From: Octopus sinensis | Lineage: Eukaryota | Assembly: GCF_006345805.1 (NCBI RefSeq) | Contig: NC_043006.1 | Coordinates: forward strand, 56,420,001-56,484,000 | Length of the DNA: 64,000 nucleotides | Reading direction: 5' to 3' | Part shown: in pieces, positions 1 to 11,371 of the stretch | Layout of the letters: each line of letters begins with the position of its first letter | Numbering within the stretch: the first letter of the stretch is position 1 | Position numbers and translations under genes: made by a program | Notes under the pieces: generated by a model | What the model was told of the DNA's origin: nothing | The model's input: the letters and a program-made list of their open reading frames with translations, nothing else | Database searches by the model: none

Positions 1-450
1 ATTCAGTATCGACTTCATTTGAGAGTCGACTGGCAATTGAATATTTCAAATGGTTTCGTTTAAATCTTCTCCAATTGCTGGCCACATTTCCTGATAAAGA
101 CTTACTGGAGAATATGACTGTCCTAAATTGCTAGTAGGCTCTCCACCATCTCACTAGCGCGATCCAGTCAAAGAAGTGGTTTCCTTCTTGCTGCTCTGCC
201 ATTGTAACTGTTCTGGGACTGATATTAATGCGTTCTGCTATGTCAGATGCCATGCAACGAGGACTATCCTCCACACTTCTCTTAACAAAGAGAAAGTTCC
301 TGTCACAGAGCCGTGGTCAACCCAGGTGAGGTGATTTGGACTCATTCGCCTCTCTGGTGAAGTGTACAATTACTCTAATTGTAGAGTATGTCCACTTCAG
401 ATTGACCGACAATATGGGCTTTTTGAAATTTTGACAATTCCAAGGTTTCT
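1..450 (-). mobile_element. Degenerate Tc1-like transposase fragment (N-terminal HTH region to the first catalytic motif)
   Basis: Minus-strand translation across frameshifts gives 'FVKRSVEDSPRCMASDIAERINISPRTV', 'RAARRKPLL' and 'TVIFS', which resemble Tc1 motifs; contains stops and frameshifts. Confidence 0.6.
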
Positions 451-587
451 TTTGTACGTGGCATAATTAAACAGTCACATACAGAACCTGAAACATAAGA
501 ATTTCAGTTAATAAATAACATAAACCTTTACTAGTTATAATAAACATAAAACGATGTTTTATAGCGTGTTTATTTACTTCTGTTATA

Positions 588-681
<94 letters not shown>

Positions 682-988
682 TATATATTACGCGTTCACA
701 CACACACACATATATATATATATATACATCTCATTCTCCATGTGTGTGCGTGCGTACGCGTGTGTATAAGCAAACGTTGAACTGTTGCAAACAAATGGGG
801 TGGGTGCAGGGCTGGCGCTCGATATGATGTACTGAATTTGAATATTTGTTTCGTGATTCGATTTTCATGCCATTACAATCATTTTGATGCTAAATTTCTT
901 CGTCGGATAGGGTATGTGTTTATTTATTGTTTCCGTTAAGTGTTTTGGTTTTTGCACTTGCCTATTGACTGTTAGTTTTGTTTCTTTA

Positions 989-1371
989 TCTATTATATAA
1001 AATCCGTTCTGTCTGTCTGTGTGAGTGTCTTCTAGGCTCTCGGGCATCCTCCATCCGATTGCGCTCAAATTTATTATGTAGATACCGCCTGTATAAGTCT
1101 TGAAAAAATTACAAAAATCGATAAAGCCGTGGGAACGTGCACATGTTCGCGCAAGTACATCAGCTGTTGCAATCGATATTACACGTACGCGAGAAAAATG
1201 CATGTGCAGTTTGCGCAAAAAAGCCGGCCTGTTTGGTGTCACAAATTTAGCTTAAATCAGTGTTTCTCAAAGGGGAGGTCTATGGAACGGTTGGACAAGT
1301 TGTTTTGAAAAAATTTGGTTTAAATTTTTGACAACTCAGCACCGTCCATTGGATGGGGGGCATTTTGCTCG
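989..1371 (+). mobile_element. Non-autonomous Helitron
   Basis: Starts A|TC (TCTATTATATAAAATCCGTTCTGTCTGTCTGT). Subterminal hairpin CCGTCC-ATT-GGATGG at 1342-1356, ends CTCG|T (CTRR-like). Both ends match 8738-9296. Confidence 0.65.
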
Positions 1372-2154
1372 TTGGTTATATTTTGCATCGTGTTGTTAAT
1401 TTTTTTTTTTTTTGTATTTGTTGATGTCAGGACATATTTTTAATGTGTTTTACTCTTCTCAATTTATTTGTTACTTTGATAAATGTTTTATGTTTTACGA
1501 TCAAGTTTGCTTTGATATATATTGTGTTATATTTGTAAATATTGTTGATAAGGTTCTGTAAGTCAGAATTTCCTTTAAGTTAGGATTAGGAAATTTTAAT
1601 GACATGGTTGTGTGTGAATTTAACTGTAAAACGAATTAAAGGGATTTGTTTTTAATTAAGAGAATAGAACTATAAAACTAATTAAGAACATATGTCCTTA
1701 ATTAATTTGATTGTATAAATAACCTACATTTAAACCGAAAGTTAATTTATAGAGAGAAAATTAAAGACCATAGTTTCGGTTTTAGAGAGAGATTGATAGA
1801 AAGAAAGCGATATTAATGATTACCAATACGGCTAAGATGCATACATGTATACACACACACACACACAAACACACGCGCGCGCAAACACGCACAGACAGAC
1901 ACACTCACACACACATATATACATATTAACGATATTTACAACAGGCTTTATTTATCCAAAGTAGATCGCTTCCACTACGGCCGCATATTTTGATTGAACT
2001 ACATCTACCAACATTATGATGGATTTCCGAGCCGCCAGAAACAGCTGTTGGATTATAACATCTTTCCCCCCACCCCCTTTAATTTTCTCTGTCGTTTGTG
2101 GTCTGTGTAAGTTGGATCTATCAATATAAATATCGATATATTTATACTTTTTCT

Positions 2155-2359
2155 CCTTCTCTTTTACTTGTTTCAGTCATTTGACTGCGGCCATGCTGGA
2201 ACACCGCCTTTAGTCGAGCAAATCGACCCCGGGACTTATTCTTTATAAGCCCAATACTTATTCTATCGGTCTCTTTTGCCGAACCGCTAAGTGACGGGGA
2301 CGTAAACACACCAGCATCGGTTGTCAAGCAATGCTAGGGGGACAAACACAGACACACAA

Positions 2360-2407
<48 letters not shown>

Positions 2408-2566
2408 GACAGACTTCTTTCAGTTTCCGTCTGCCAAATCCACTCACAAGGCATTGGTCGGCCCAGGGCTATAGCAGAAGACACTTGCCCAAGATGCCAC
2501 GCAGTGGGACTGACTCGGAACCATGTGGTTGGTTAGCAAGCTACTTACCACACCGCCACTCCTGCG
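2155..2566 (-). mobile_element. tRNA-derived SINE, family A (internal TA/CA microsatellite)
   Basis: Minus-strand head GCAGGAGTGGCGGTGTGGTAAG...; body ...CTTGGGCAAGTGTCTTC...; tail GGCCGCAGTCAAATGACTGAAACAAGTAAAAGAG. Homologous to the copies at 6004, 25148 and 34442. Confidence 0.9.
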
Positions 2567-2917
2567 TATGGAAGTTTCCACTTTTTGGTTTCTCTCGTTT
2601 TGTATTTATACATATATACATATTTTGCATTTTATACCCAAGCTGTTATAATTGATATGTTTATCCGCATAATTGCCTACATTTATGATAATAGAGGAAT
2701 TGAGAAATATTAGTCACAAAGTGAAACACGGCAAGTCGTCGGCATATAGAAGAATAAACAACTTACCACAGATCAAACAACATAAAATATGACGAGACAG
2801 AGAAGTAACAGCTAATGAGCAAGTAAAAGTACGCAAAATCCCACATGCCAACGAGTACAAATATTGTAACAGTTGCCACCTGAGCAACATACTGATGTCA
2901 AACTCGAGTCAAGAGAT

Positions 2918-2984
<67 letters not shown>

Positions 2985-2989
2985 TATAT

Positions 2990-3412
2990 GTAAGTAGTAG
3001 TAGTAGTAGTATTTTATTTGCTGAAAGCTTATAAGCGATCACCGCGCAATAACTGAAGAAAATAGTCTAATAATGGGACATATAAGCCCTCAACGGAAAA
3101 AATGTAGGTTTTCCCGTACGTGTAGGACTCGAACCCACACCTCATTGTTTTCGCGACAAAATTGCTACCATTCTTTATTCATTGCGTGGTGATCGCTTAT
3201 ATGCTTTAAGCTTATAAAATGCTACTATTATTATTTACAGAATTGTAAAAATCGACGCTGTTCAACATAAGCCATCGCAGTAAGAGCACATGAAAGTTTG
3301 CTTCCAAAACAACATTATGGACTAATTATAGTTCTTAAATCTGACGGAATGGAGCTGGTTGTGCGCTAGTGTAATGGTAGCATTCTTGCCGCGAAAACAA
3401 AGAGGTGTGGGT
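2990..3412 (+). mobile_element. Foldback non-coding element in (TA)n with a tRNA-like segment
   Basis: Inverted arms 2990-3050 / 3181-3238. tRNA-like sequence on minus at 3113-3172 (B box GGTTCGAGTCC) and on plus at 3361-3412 (A box TAGTGTAATGG). (TA)n on both flanks. Confidence 0.6.
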
Positions 3413-3487
3413 AACCTTAATTCACAAATAAAAAAAAAATATATATTATACATATAATATATATATATATATATTATATATATATAT

Positions 3488-3542
<55 letters not shown>

Positions 3543-3676
3543 TATATTAGATATATAATATATGCATATATACATATATATATTATATATATATATATAT
3601 ATATATCATATATATATTACATACATACATTATATATATATATTATATATATTATATATATTATATACGTATATTA

Positions 3677-3730
<54 letters not shown>

Positions 3731-3736
<6 letters not shown>

Positions 3737-4481
3737 TAAGGGCTCCTAAATTAAGATGCCGAGTGCTGGGAACACAAAAAGGGGATGAATTTATCGAGAG
3801 TGAAAATCAAAAACGTTTACCGATAACTTTAACAACTCGAACCGCACGGTTTCTGCTTCTTTCTAGCAAAACACAGAATATGTTTGCTAAGGCTAGCTTC
3901 GTCAGCGAGTCGCCTAAATTGAATCGAGGTCTGCAGCGATGTGGGACCATGTGTTGATCTCGACTACTAGCAGATCTTAACTTTTCAAATCTCTGCGCAG
4001 ACGCAAAACTTACACGGCAGTATAGGGCATGCCGGGAAGAATTTTACGAATAAATCCATCATGTAATATGCGAATATAAACAAGAAGGGTAGTAATATTA
4101 TTTACTACCAGGTGCCCAGCACAAAAGACGAATTAGTCATAAGACAAAAATATTATTCATATAGAAAAATATTATTCATGTAGTTATACAATTAAGGGCT
4201 CCTAAATTAAGATGCCGAGTGCTGGGAACACAAAAAGGGGATGAATTTATCGAGAGTGAAAATCAAAAACGTTTCGGTAAACGTTTTTGATTTTCACTCT
4301 CGATAAATTCATCCCCTTTTTGTGTTCCCAGCACTCGGCATCTTAATTTAGGAGCCCTTAATTGTATAACTACATGAATAATATTTTTCTATATGAATAA
4401 TATTTTTGTCTTATGACTAATTCGTCTTTTGTGCTGGGCACCTGGTAGTAAATAATATTACTACCCTTCTTGTTTATATTC

Positions 4482-4482
<1 letters not shown>
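3731..4482 (-). mobile_element. PLE/retrozyme-like element: 456-nt unit, 88-nt direct repeat, 204-bp perfect inverted arm
   Basis: 3731-3818 = 4187-4274. 4071-4274 is the reverse complement of 4279-4482 (spacer CGGT). (TA)n on both sides. Contains a hammerhead fold. Confidence 0.8.
3833..3912 (-). ncRNA. Type I hammerhead ribozyme motif
   Basis: CGACUCG-CUGACGA-A-GCU...(UAGCAAA/UUUGCUA hairpin)...AGC-A-GAAA-CCGUGCGG-UU|CGAGUUG. Helix I is 7 bp, helix III is ACC/GGU, cleavage triplet GUU. An A.A pair closes helix II. Confidence 0.75.
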
Positions 4483-4528
<46 letters not shown>

Positions 4529-4532
<4 letters not shown>

Positions 4533-5001
4533 ATTTAATTTTTTTAAGCTGGTTTACCATTAAAAACACCGAAACAATGCATTGTCTAAAGATGAATTAG
4601 GGTAAATGTTTTTAAATTTTCCTTTAATTTCTGAATTACTACTACTCACTAGACCGCTGGTGGCGATAAATTTCTATTGAATTTTTTGCTACCCTATATT
4701 GATTAATTGATGATTTTCTGACTAATTCTGAAATTGAATCAGCAGTTTATATTTAAGTTGGCGCGAGTACGATGGTTTTGAAAATTTTAGGGCAGATATT
4801 CCTAGGGCATAGATATAGATGCCTCGTGTATATCCGTCTCCCCTGGCCTCTTTACCGATGAGGTGTAGCCTTTGGTGGATTGACTTAATTTAATTTAATT
4901 AAGCTGGTTTAACATTAAAAACACCGAAACAATGCATTGTCTAAAGATGAATTAGGGTAAATGTTTTAAAATTTACCTTTAATTTCTGAATTACTACTAC
5001 T
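4529..5001 (+). mobile_element. PLE/retrozyme-like element: 355-nt unit with ~100-nt terminal direct repeat
   Basis: 4546-4646 repeats at 4901-5001. Follows a (TA)n tract. The hammerhead spans the unit junction. Confidence 0.75.
4849..4947 (+). ncRNA. Type I hammerhead ribozyme motif (U4C core variant)
   Basis: UCUUUA-CCGAUGA-GGUGU...ACACC-GAAA-CAAUGCAUUG-UC|UAAAGA. Helix I 6 bp, helix II 5 bp, helix III is the perfect palindrome ACAAUGCAUUGU, triplet GUC. Confidence 0.75.
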
Positions 5002-5081
5002 TGGCAGTTTGAGTCCTGGCTGCTCTTTCTAGTGGGTCGAATGGCCTATTAAGCCCTTCCTCAATTGTTGTTGAAAGTATA

Positions 5082-5121
<40 letters not shown>

Positions 5122-5365
5122 ATACTACATACTTAAGTTCGTTCGGAGTTTTCTCTCTTAGGTACATCTCATTTACAAGAGTCAAAAAACTTGAAACATC
5201 GGTGTCTAAGATTCCCGAGGGATGGCGACACTGGACAGACTGGATGTCCTCACACATTTTTACCATAAGAGAGGTTTTATTTACCACCACCCCCACGGTA
5301 ACTGAAGTGTATTTGCCTTTAGCATTTGAAATATGTGACAAACATATTTGAACTAACCTAAATGC

Positions 5366-5570
5366 TTATTTCTTTATTGCCCACTAGGGGCTAAACATAG
5401 AGGGGACAAACAAGGACATTAAGTCGATTACATCAACCCCAGTGCATAACTGGTACTTAATTTATCGACCCCGAAAGGATGAAAGGCAAAGTCGACCTCG
5501 GTGGAATTTGGACGAAAAACCGCAAAGCATTTCGCCCGGCGTGCTAACGTTTCTGCCAGCTCGCCGCCTT
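5366..5570 (-). mobile_element. tRNA-derived SINE, family B (Meta-domain-like)
   Basis: Reverse complement of AAGGCGGCGAGCTGGCAGAAACGTTAGCACGCCGGGCG...GCCTTTCATCCTTTCGGGGTCGATAAATTAAGTACC; many copies in the window. Confidence 0.88.
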
Positions 5571-5686
5571 AAATTCTAACCTAAATTCTGTACGTATATA
5601 TCATGTATATATTCATACATATATATATATATATTATTTACATTATTTACATTTGACGGATATTAATCCCCATCTTGTTCGTTGTT

Positions 5687-5727
5687 AACACAACGTTTCG
5701 GCTGATATATCCTCCAGCCTTCATCAG
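5687..5727 (-). ncRNA. Minimal hammerhead motif (5' strand of helix I missing) in a short PLE-like 3' fragment
   Basis: CUGAUGA-A-GGCUG-(10 nt)-CAGCC-GAAA-CGUU|GUGUU. Helix III is only the palindrome AACGUU. The fragment 5633-5727 abuts (TA)n. Confidence 0.6.
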
Positions 5728-5763
5728 TTATATGTTATAGGTTATGATATTTTAATAAGTATC

Positions 5764-5809
<46 letters not shown>

Positions 5810-6003
5810 TATATATACATACATAAAGTACTGACTCTGGTGAAAATAGCATTAGCTCTTTAAGGTTGTTCAATTCTCCCTAATCGATCAACAGTCCGAT
5901 TGTGTAAAACATCGAGGAACGAACCTATAATGGCAATCGGAAACAGCTGTAAGTAGAATTTGCGACATTAAAGGAATATGTAAATACCATAAATTATACC
6001 TTG

Positions 6004-6386
6004 TCGTGTGGTAAGTAGGTTCCAGGTTCAGTCCCACTAAGTGGTACCTTGGAAAACTGTCTTCTACTATAGCCTCGGGCCGAAAAAGCCTTGTGAGTAG
6101 ACTTAGTAGACGGAAACTGAACGAAGCCCGTCGTATATATGTATATATATGTATATATGTATATGTGTGTATATATGTTTGTGTGTCTTTGTTTGTCCTC
6201 CCAACATCGCTTGACAGCCGATGGTGGTGTGTTTATGTCCATGTAACTTAGCAGTTCGTCAAAAGTGACGGTTAGAATATGTACTAGGCTTACAAAGAAT
6301 AGGGCCTGGTGTCGATTGTCTCGACTAAAAAGGGCGCTCCAGCATGGCCGCAGTCAAATGACAGAAACAAGTAAACGCGTAAAATA

Positions 6387-6388
<2 letters not shown>
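6004..6388 (+). mobile_element. SINE family A (diverged)
   Basis: GTGTGGTAAGTAG...GGTTCAGTCCCAC...CCAGCATGGCCGCAGTCAAATGACAGAAACAAGTAAA. Confidence 0.85.
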
Positions 6389-6443
<55 letters not shown>

Positions 6444-6585
6444 AATGTGCGCTTTTACACACACACATAAAAACTTATATAGAGAGGTATAGAGAAATTA
6501 GTAGTTCTATAAGCATAGATAAAACAAGACCGATAGAGAGAAGGAATGGAGATAAATTCAACACATAGACAGATGTGAAAGATAC

Positions 6586-6985
6586 TCAGTAAGAACTTGG
6601 AGCGACCGCTACAAGTTGTTGATGCTGTTGAGCGAAGCGGTCTTCGTCCCTGTGGGAGAAGTCCGAAACGTGGTCCTTTGCTATTCGTAAGACCCGCAGA
6701 AGAGAAATCGGGTCAACCCTCGATACCGAGAGCATCGACGGATGACTGAATGCGCATCCAGACTCAGCGGTTGCATAGGAAGTCGGGGATAAGAAACAGG
6801 AAGAAAGAGTGAGAGAAAGTTGGAGCGAAAGAGTACAACATGGGTCGCCCCCCCCCTACAGGAGCCTCGTGGAGCTCTAGGTGTTTTCGCTCAATAAACA
6901 CACAACGCCTGGTCTGGGAATCGAAACCGCGATTTTCCGGCCGTGAGTCTACTGCCCTAACCACTGTGGGCCATTGCACCTCCAC
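6586..6985 (-). mobile_element. tRNA-derived SINE, family C (tail type 1)
   Basis: Minus head GTGGAGGTGCAATGGCCC...GTGGTTAGGGCAG...GGTTTCGATTCCC with A and B boxes. Head and core shared with 8072-8455. Confidence 0.8.
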
Positions 6986-7516
6986 TGTTGTTGATGCAAT
7001 GAAGCTGGGGACATACTGAGAAGTAAAAAGCAACATAGAAAATTCAAAACAACTTTTTAAATACCCGCTAGGAAAAAAAAAACTGCAGCTTATAAAATTG
7101 AAGTTTAAGAAAGTTATTCCGATTTTATCGCACATGGGCGTGTGTGTGTCGCAGTTAGAGGTAATAATTGTATACGTGGAAAAGACAAACGTTGAGTGTA
7201 TAAGTTTGTGAAAGCTCGATATGTTTCTTTACGTGTGTGTTTTTATATGTGTGTGTGTATGTGCATGTGTGTGTGTGTGTGTATGCGTGCGTGCAACAAT
7301 TCAGTACGTGGTTGTTCAGGCCATGTCAGGTACTAAACAGCGGATTTAGATAATGATTTGTCGCTTAGATGGAAACCATCCAGCATTTTACTATGACAGA
7401 AATAACGCTATAGGAATTATAGCATGGCCAAATGCCAATTCACTTAACAATTTTCACTTCTCTAAAATGACAACAACCACAGTTATTAATATTAATGATG
7501 CTCGCGGCTACTGTGG

Positions 7517-7676
7517 TTGTTACTTACATGGTTCGAATGGAGGGATGATATAAAAAGTGATGTGGCAGCAGTTTCCTATGTGCTGAACACTTGCTGTTTG
7601 CCTGGTAGGCTGGCTAGTCGGTTGGTTGGGTTCTTGGGTGGTGAAATGCTTGAAGAAATGGAAGACTTCCTGATTG
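7517..7676. repeat. ~160-bp near-identical dispersed duplicate of 9398-9557
   Basis: GTTGTTACTTACATGG...GAAGACTTCCTGATTG occurs twice, differing by one G indel. Confidence 0.9.
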
Positions 7677-7738
7677 ATTGTAGTGTATACATATGCATAC
7701 GTACCTACCTTCATATATACATATATAAGTACAATCTG

Positions 7739-7940
7739 AAGGCGGCGAGCTGGCAGAAACGTTAGCACGCCGGGCGAAATGCGTAGCCGTGTTTCGTCTG
7801 CCGTTACGTTCTGAGTTCAAATTCCGCCGAGGCCGACTTCGCCTTTCATCCTTCGCGGTCGATAAATAAAGTACCAATTTCGCACTGGGGTCGATATAAT
7901 CGACTTAATCTTTTTGTCTGTCCTTGTTTGTCCCCTCTAT
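7739..7940 (+). mobile_element. SINE family B
   Basis: AAGGCGGCGAGCTGGCAGAAACGTTAGC...GAGTTCAAATTCC...GCCTTTCATCC. Confidence 0.88.
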
Positions 7941-8071
7941 ATAAGTACAATCACACACACACATAGAGTCACATAAATACATACTGATACACACACACAT
8001 ACACATATATATATATGTATAAACACACATACACACACACATGTATGTTTGCGTGTGTATGTATACGTATA

Positions 8072-8455
8072 CGGAGGCGCAATGGCCCAGAGGTTAGGGC
8101 AGCGGACTCGTGATCGTAGGATCGCGGTTTCGATTCCCAGACCGGGCGTTGTGAGTGTTTATTCAGCGAAAACACCTAAAGCTCCACGAGGCTCCGGCAG
8201 GGATGGTGGTGATCCCTGCTGTACTCTTTCACCACAACTTTCTCTCACTCTTACTTCCTGTTTCTCTTGTACCTGTATTTCAAGGGGCCGGCCTTGTCAC
8301 TCTCTGTGTCACGCTGAATATCCCCGAGAACTACGTTAAGGGTGCACGTGTCTGTGGAGTGCTCAGCCACTTACACGTTAATTTCACGAGCAGGCTGTTC
8401 CGTTGATTCGGATCAACCGGAACCCTCATCGTCGTAACCGACGGAGTGCTTCCAT
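8072..8455 (+). mobile_element. SINE family C (tail type 2)
   Basis: GGAGGCGCAATGGCCCAGAGGTTAGGGCAGCGG...GGTTTCGATTCCC; 3' tail ...GTCGTAACCGACGGAGTGCT(TCCA)n. Confidence 0.82.
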
Positions 8456-8737
8456 CCATACGTATATATATATATAGTTAATAAAAGAAACGGAGAAGAA
8501 AGACAACTTAGTGAAAATCAGTAAAATTGAAATGAAGCTAAATGAAATTTGCAATGCTCAAAACGGAAATGTAATTAATGAACTTAGAAGATAGATATGA
8601 AAGACTTTCATTTGAAGGGAGTTTATACAATTATGGATAGTATTCATAGCAAATGTCGACTCATATTATTGTTATTTTTATAGTTTATTGCGCTGTGATT
8701 TTTACTTTGTGTTTGGCGTATGGTATATATATATATA

Positions 8738-9295
8738 CGTGTAAAATGCCCCCCGTCCAATGGACGGTGCTGAGTTGTCAAATATTTAAACCAAATTTTC
8801 TCAAAACAACCTGTCCGACCGTCCTATAGTCCTCCCCTTTGAGAAACACTGATTTAACCTAAATTTGAGAAGCCAGCAAAAGAAGAAATAAACATAGGCT
8901 TTTTAGCTATTACAAAGAAAAACGATTTTATTCACTTAACTATGCAACCGAAGAGTTTAAAGTACCAGTAATAAGGCTGTTGACTGGCAGAACACAAACA
9001 TGGTTTAAACAGTAAGCTTGACAGGAAAGAAACGTGCATTTAAGCAGTACAAAAACAACAAAAATGGAATGTGAAGGTGCAGTTATGTACAGGTTGATGG
9101 AAGAAAAGCAGGACAAACACGGCTTTATCGATCGCATTCTCACCTGGAATAGATTTTTGTAATTTTTTCAAGACTTATACACGCCCTGATACCGTCGGTA
9201 TCTACATATCAAATTTGAGCGCAATGGAGGATGGAGGATGCCCGAGATCCTAGAAGACACACACAGAGACAGACAGAACGGATTTTATATAATAG

Positions 9296-9296
<1 letters not shown>
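8738..9296 (-). mobile_element. Non-autonomous Helitron, same family as 989-1371
   Basis: Minus strand starts A|TCTATTATATAAAATCCG; hairpin CCGTCC-ATT-GGACGG; ends CACG|T. Confidence 0.65.
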
Positions 9297-9371
<75 letters not shown>

Positions 9372-9397
9372 CGTGCGTGTGTCTATTAATGTATGAG

Positions 9398-9557
9398 GTT
9401 GTTACTTACATGGTTCGAATGGAGGGATGATATAAAAAGTGATGTGGCAGCAGTTTCCTATGTGCTGAACACTTGCTGTTTGCCTGTAGGCTGGCTAGTC
9501 GGTTGGTTGGGTTCTTGGGTGGTGAAATGCTTGAAGAAATGGAAGACTTCCTGATTG
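9398..9557. repeat. Second copy of the 160-bp duplicate
   Basis: Direct sequence match to 7517-7676. Confidence 0.9.
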
Positions 9558-10777
9558 CATACATGCAAACATGCATATACATATGGCTCTTCTCAACTGT
9601 TTTAGCATTCGGGTCTCTGAGTTCAAATCTTCCTTTCTCTCACTGGAAAAAAAATAATCTTTCAAGTATCGCCAAAAATCGATGATAATCTTTGGAAGTC
9701 TTTAAGCTAATATCAATATAACTGCATGAATAACTGCAGTTAAAAATAGCTGAAAAATCTCAACTGAAAATATTTGCTTCGTAAATATTCACGATATTCA
9801 TTTAAATATACCGTATTTGCAGAGCAAATATCAATAATTAGAGAACGAGAGAGTAACAGAAGAAGAAAGAGGTTTGTGAGTATGTGGGCATCTGCATGCG
9901 TACATGTTTGTGACATGTGTTATAGACACCACACATACACGAACACTCGCGAGTAAAGGTAACGAGGATAGTGAAAATTTGTAAAAATGAAATGAAGGTA
10001 ACTGAAATGTGCAATGCCCAAAATTTAAATGTAACAAATGCGAGATAAGAAATACTTTCATTAGAATGGATTTTATACAACCTCTGGCTTTCTCATCAAT
10101 AAATTTGGTACAAGCTCCGCAATGGTGAATCATGTATTATTGTTTTTATAGCTTGTTACGCCCGGCTTTTAATTTTTCAATAAACAAATTGTCTTTGTGT
10201 TTGGTGTATGAGAAGACTAGAAATTTGGAAGATTTGGTGGTTGCGTATATGTCCAAAAATTTACTGAGTGAAATTTGTATAATCCTAATATGATCTATAA
10301 TTTTGTCGACGAATTATTAATCTCATTCTTAATGTGACTATGGTTTGTCTCATGTATTCTTCACTGCATCTATTGCATTTGATGATATAAATAAAATATT
10401 TTGAAGGGCACATAAAGTGGTTTGCCACAGTAGAAATTTATTCCTATTTAAATCTAATTGCTTCGTCCTTAATAAGTTTGGCACAAGTTCCGCTAATTCT
10501 GCGGCCACACTTTTTAACAATATGAGTTGAGTCTGTAGTTGATAGTTTTACGCTGGTAGATAATTTGTTTAGGGATTATATGTATATATATATATATATA
10601 TATCCAGTAGTAATCCGGGTGGAAAGCTGTTGTGTAGATGAAAAGAGGTGCAGATATAACAGGTAGAAGTAAATCCGAAGTGTAGGACGTTAAAGCAGGA
10701 TAAAACTGTGACCGCTAGCTCCAAACGTTTTTATTTTTTGTATTATTATTATTCTCGCTCTGTTTATTTCATCGTGT

Positions 10778-10817
10778 TCTTTTTCTGTTGAAGAACCTTG
10801 GCTCGAAACGTAAAAGA
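10778..10817 (+). ncRNA. Degenerate minimal hammerhead-like motif in a PLE-like 3' end
   Basis: UCUUUUU-CUGUUGA-A-GAACCUUGGCUC-GAAA-CGUA|AAAGA. Core has A6U and helix II is mismatched. Lies ~90 nt before (TA)n. Confidence 0.35.
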
Positions 10818-10908
10818 CTTTCTCACCTTCCCAAGCGTTAAACTAATACACCTGTTTGTTGTTTATACACCTGTCTTCGTCTTGTTTTTCTGTAAATTTC
10901 AACTATGC

Positions 10909-10989
<81 letters not shown>

Positions 10990-10992
<3 letters not shown>

Positions 10993-11236
10993 TATTAATA
11001 TTTCTAAATCTCTCTAAAGGAGACTACGGCAGCGGTACTGGAAATTAATACTTATCGCCAAGCTAACATGGCAGTCCAGGAAAATAGTACGAATGCTGCT
11101 GTTGATTAGCTCCCTGTTCGAAGGTTATAAAGGGCACAGGTTCGTATGTCACATAGATGTGATGGCCTCTTGGAGCTAATCAACGGCAGTATTCCTCCAA
11201 TTTTCCTGGACTGCCATGTTGGCTTAGCGATAACTA

Positions 11237-11242
<6 letters not shown>
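10990..11242. mobile_element. Foldback element in (TA)n
   Basis: Imperfect ~70-bp inverted arms 11045-11113 / 11172-11241; (TA)n on both flanks. Confidence 0.65.
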
Positions 11243-11280
<38 letters not shown>

Positions 11281-11325
11281 TGTTTTTATATATAGACATA
11301 TACATACGTATGTATGTATTATGAT

Positions 11326-11371
<46 letters not shown>

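Noticed and set aside
1760-1790. Minus-strand GAAAC-TATG-GTC, and CTGATGTC-AAACTCGAGTC at ~2892
   Set aside because: Incomplete cores with no supporting helices; could be chance or heavy decay.
3053-3059. CTGAAGA as a hammerhead core (also at 33002)
   Set aside because: No helix II or GAAAC partner downstream.
4997-5351. Non-repetitive ORF pair of 114 and 88 aa
   Set aside because: No recognisable motif, runs into (TA)n, and has no convincing splice context.
8072-8150. tRNA genes
   Set aside because: The tRNA-like segments are heads of multi-copy SINEs and continue into SINE bodies.
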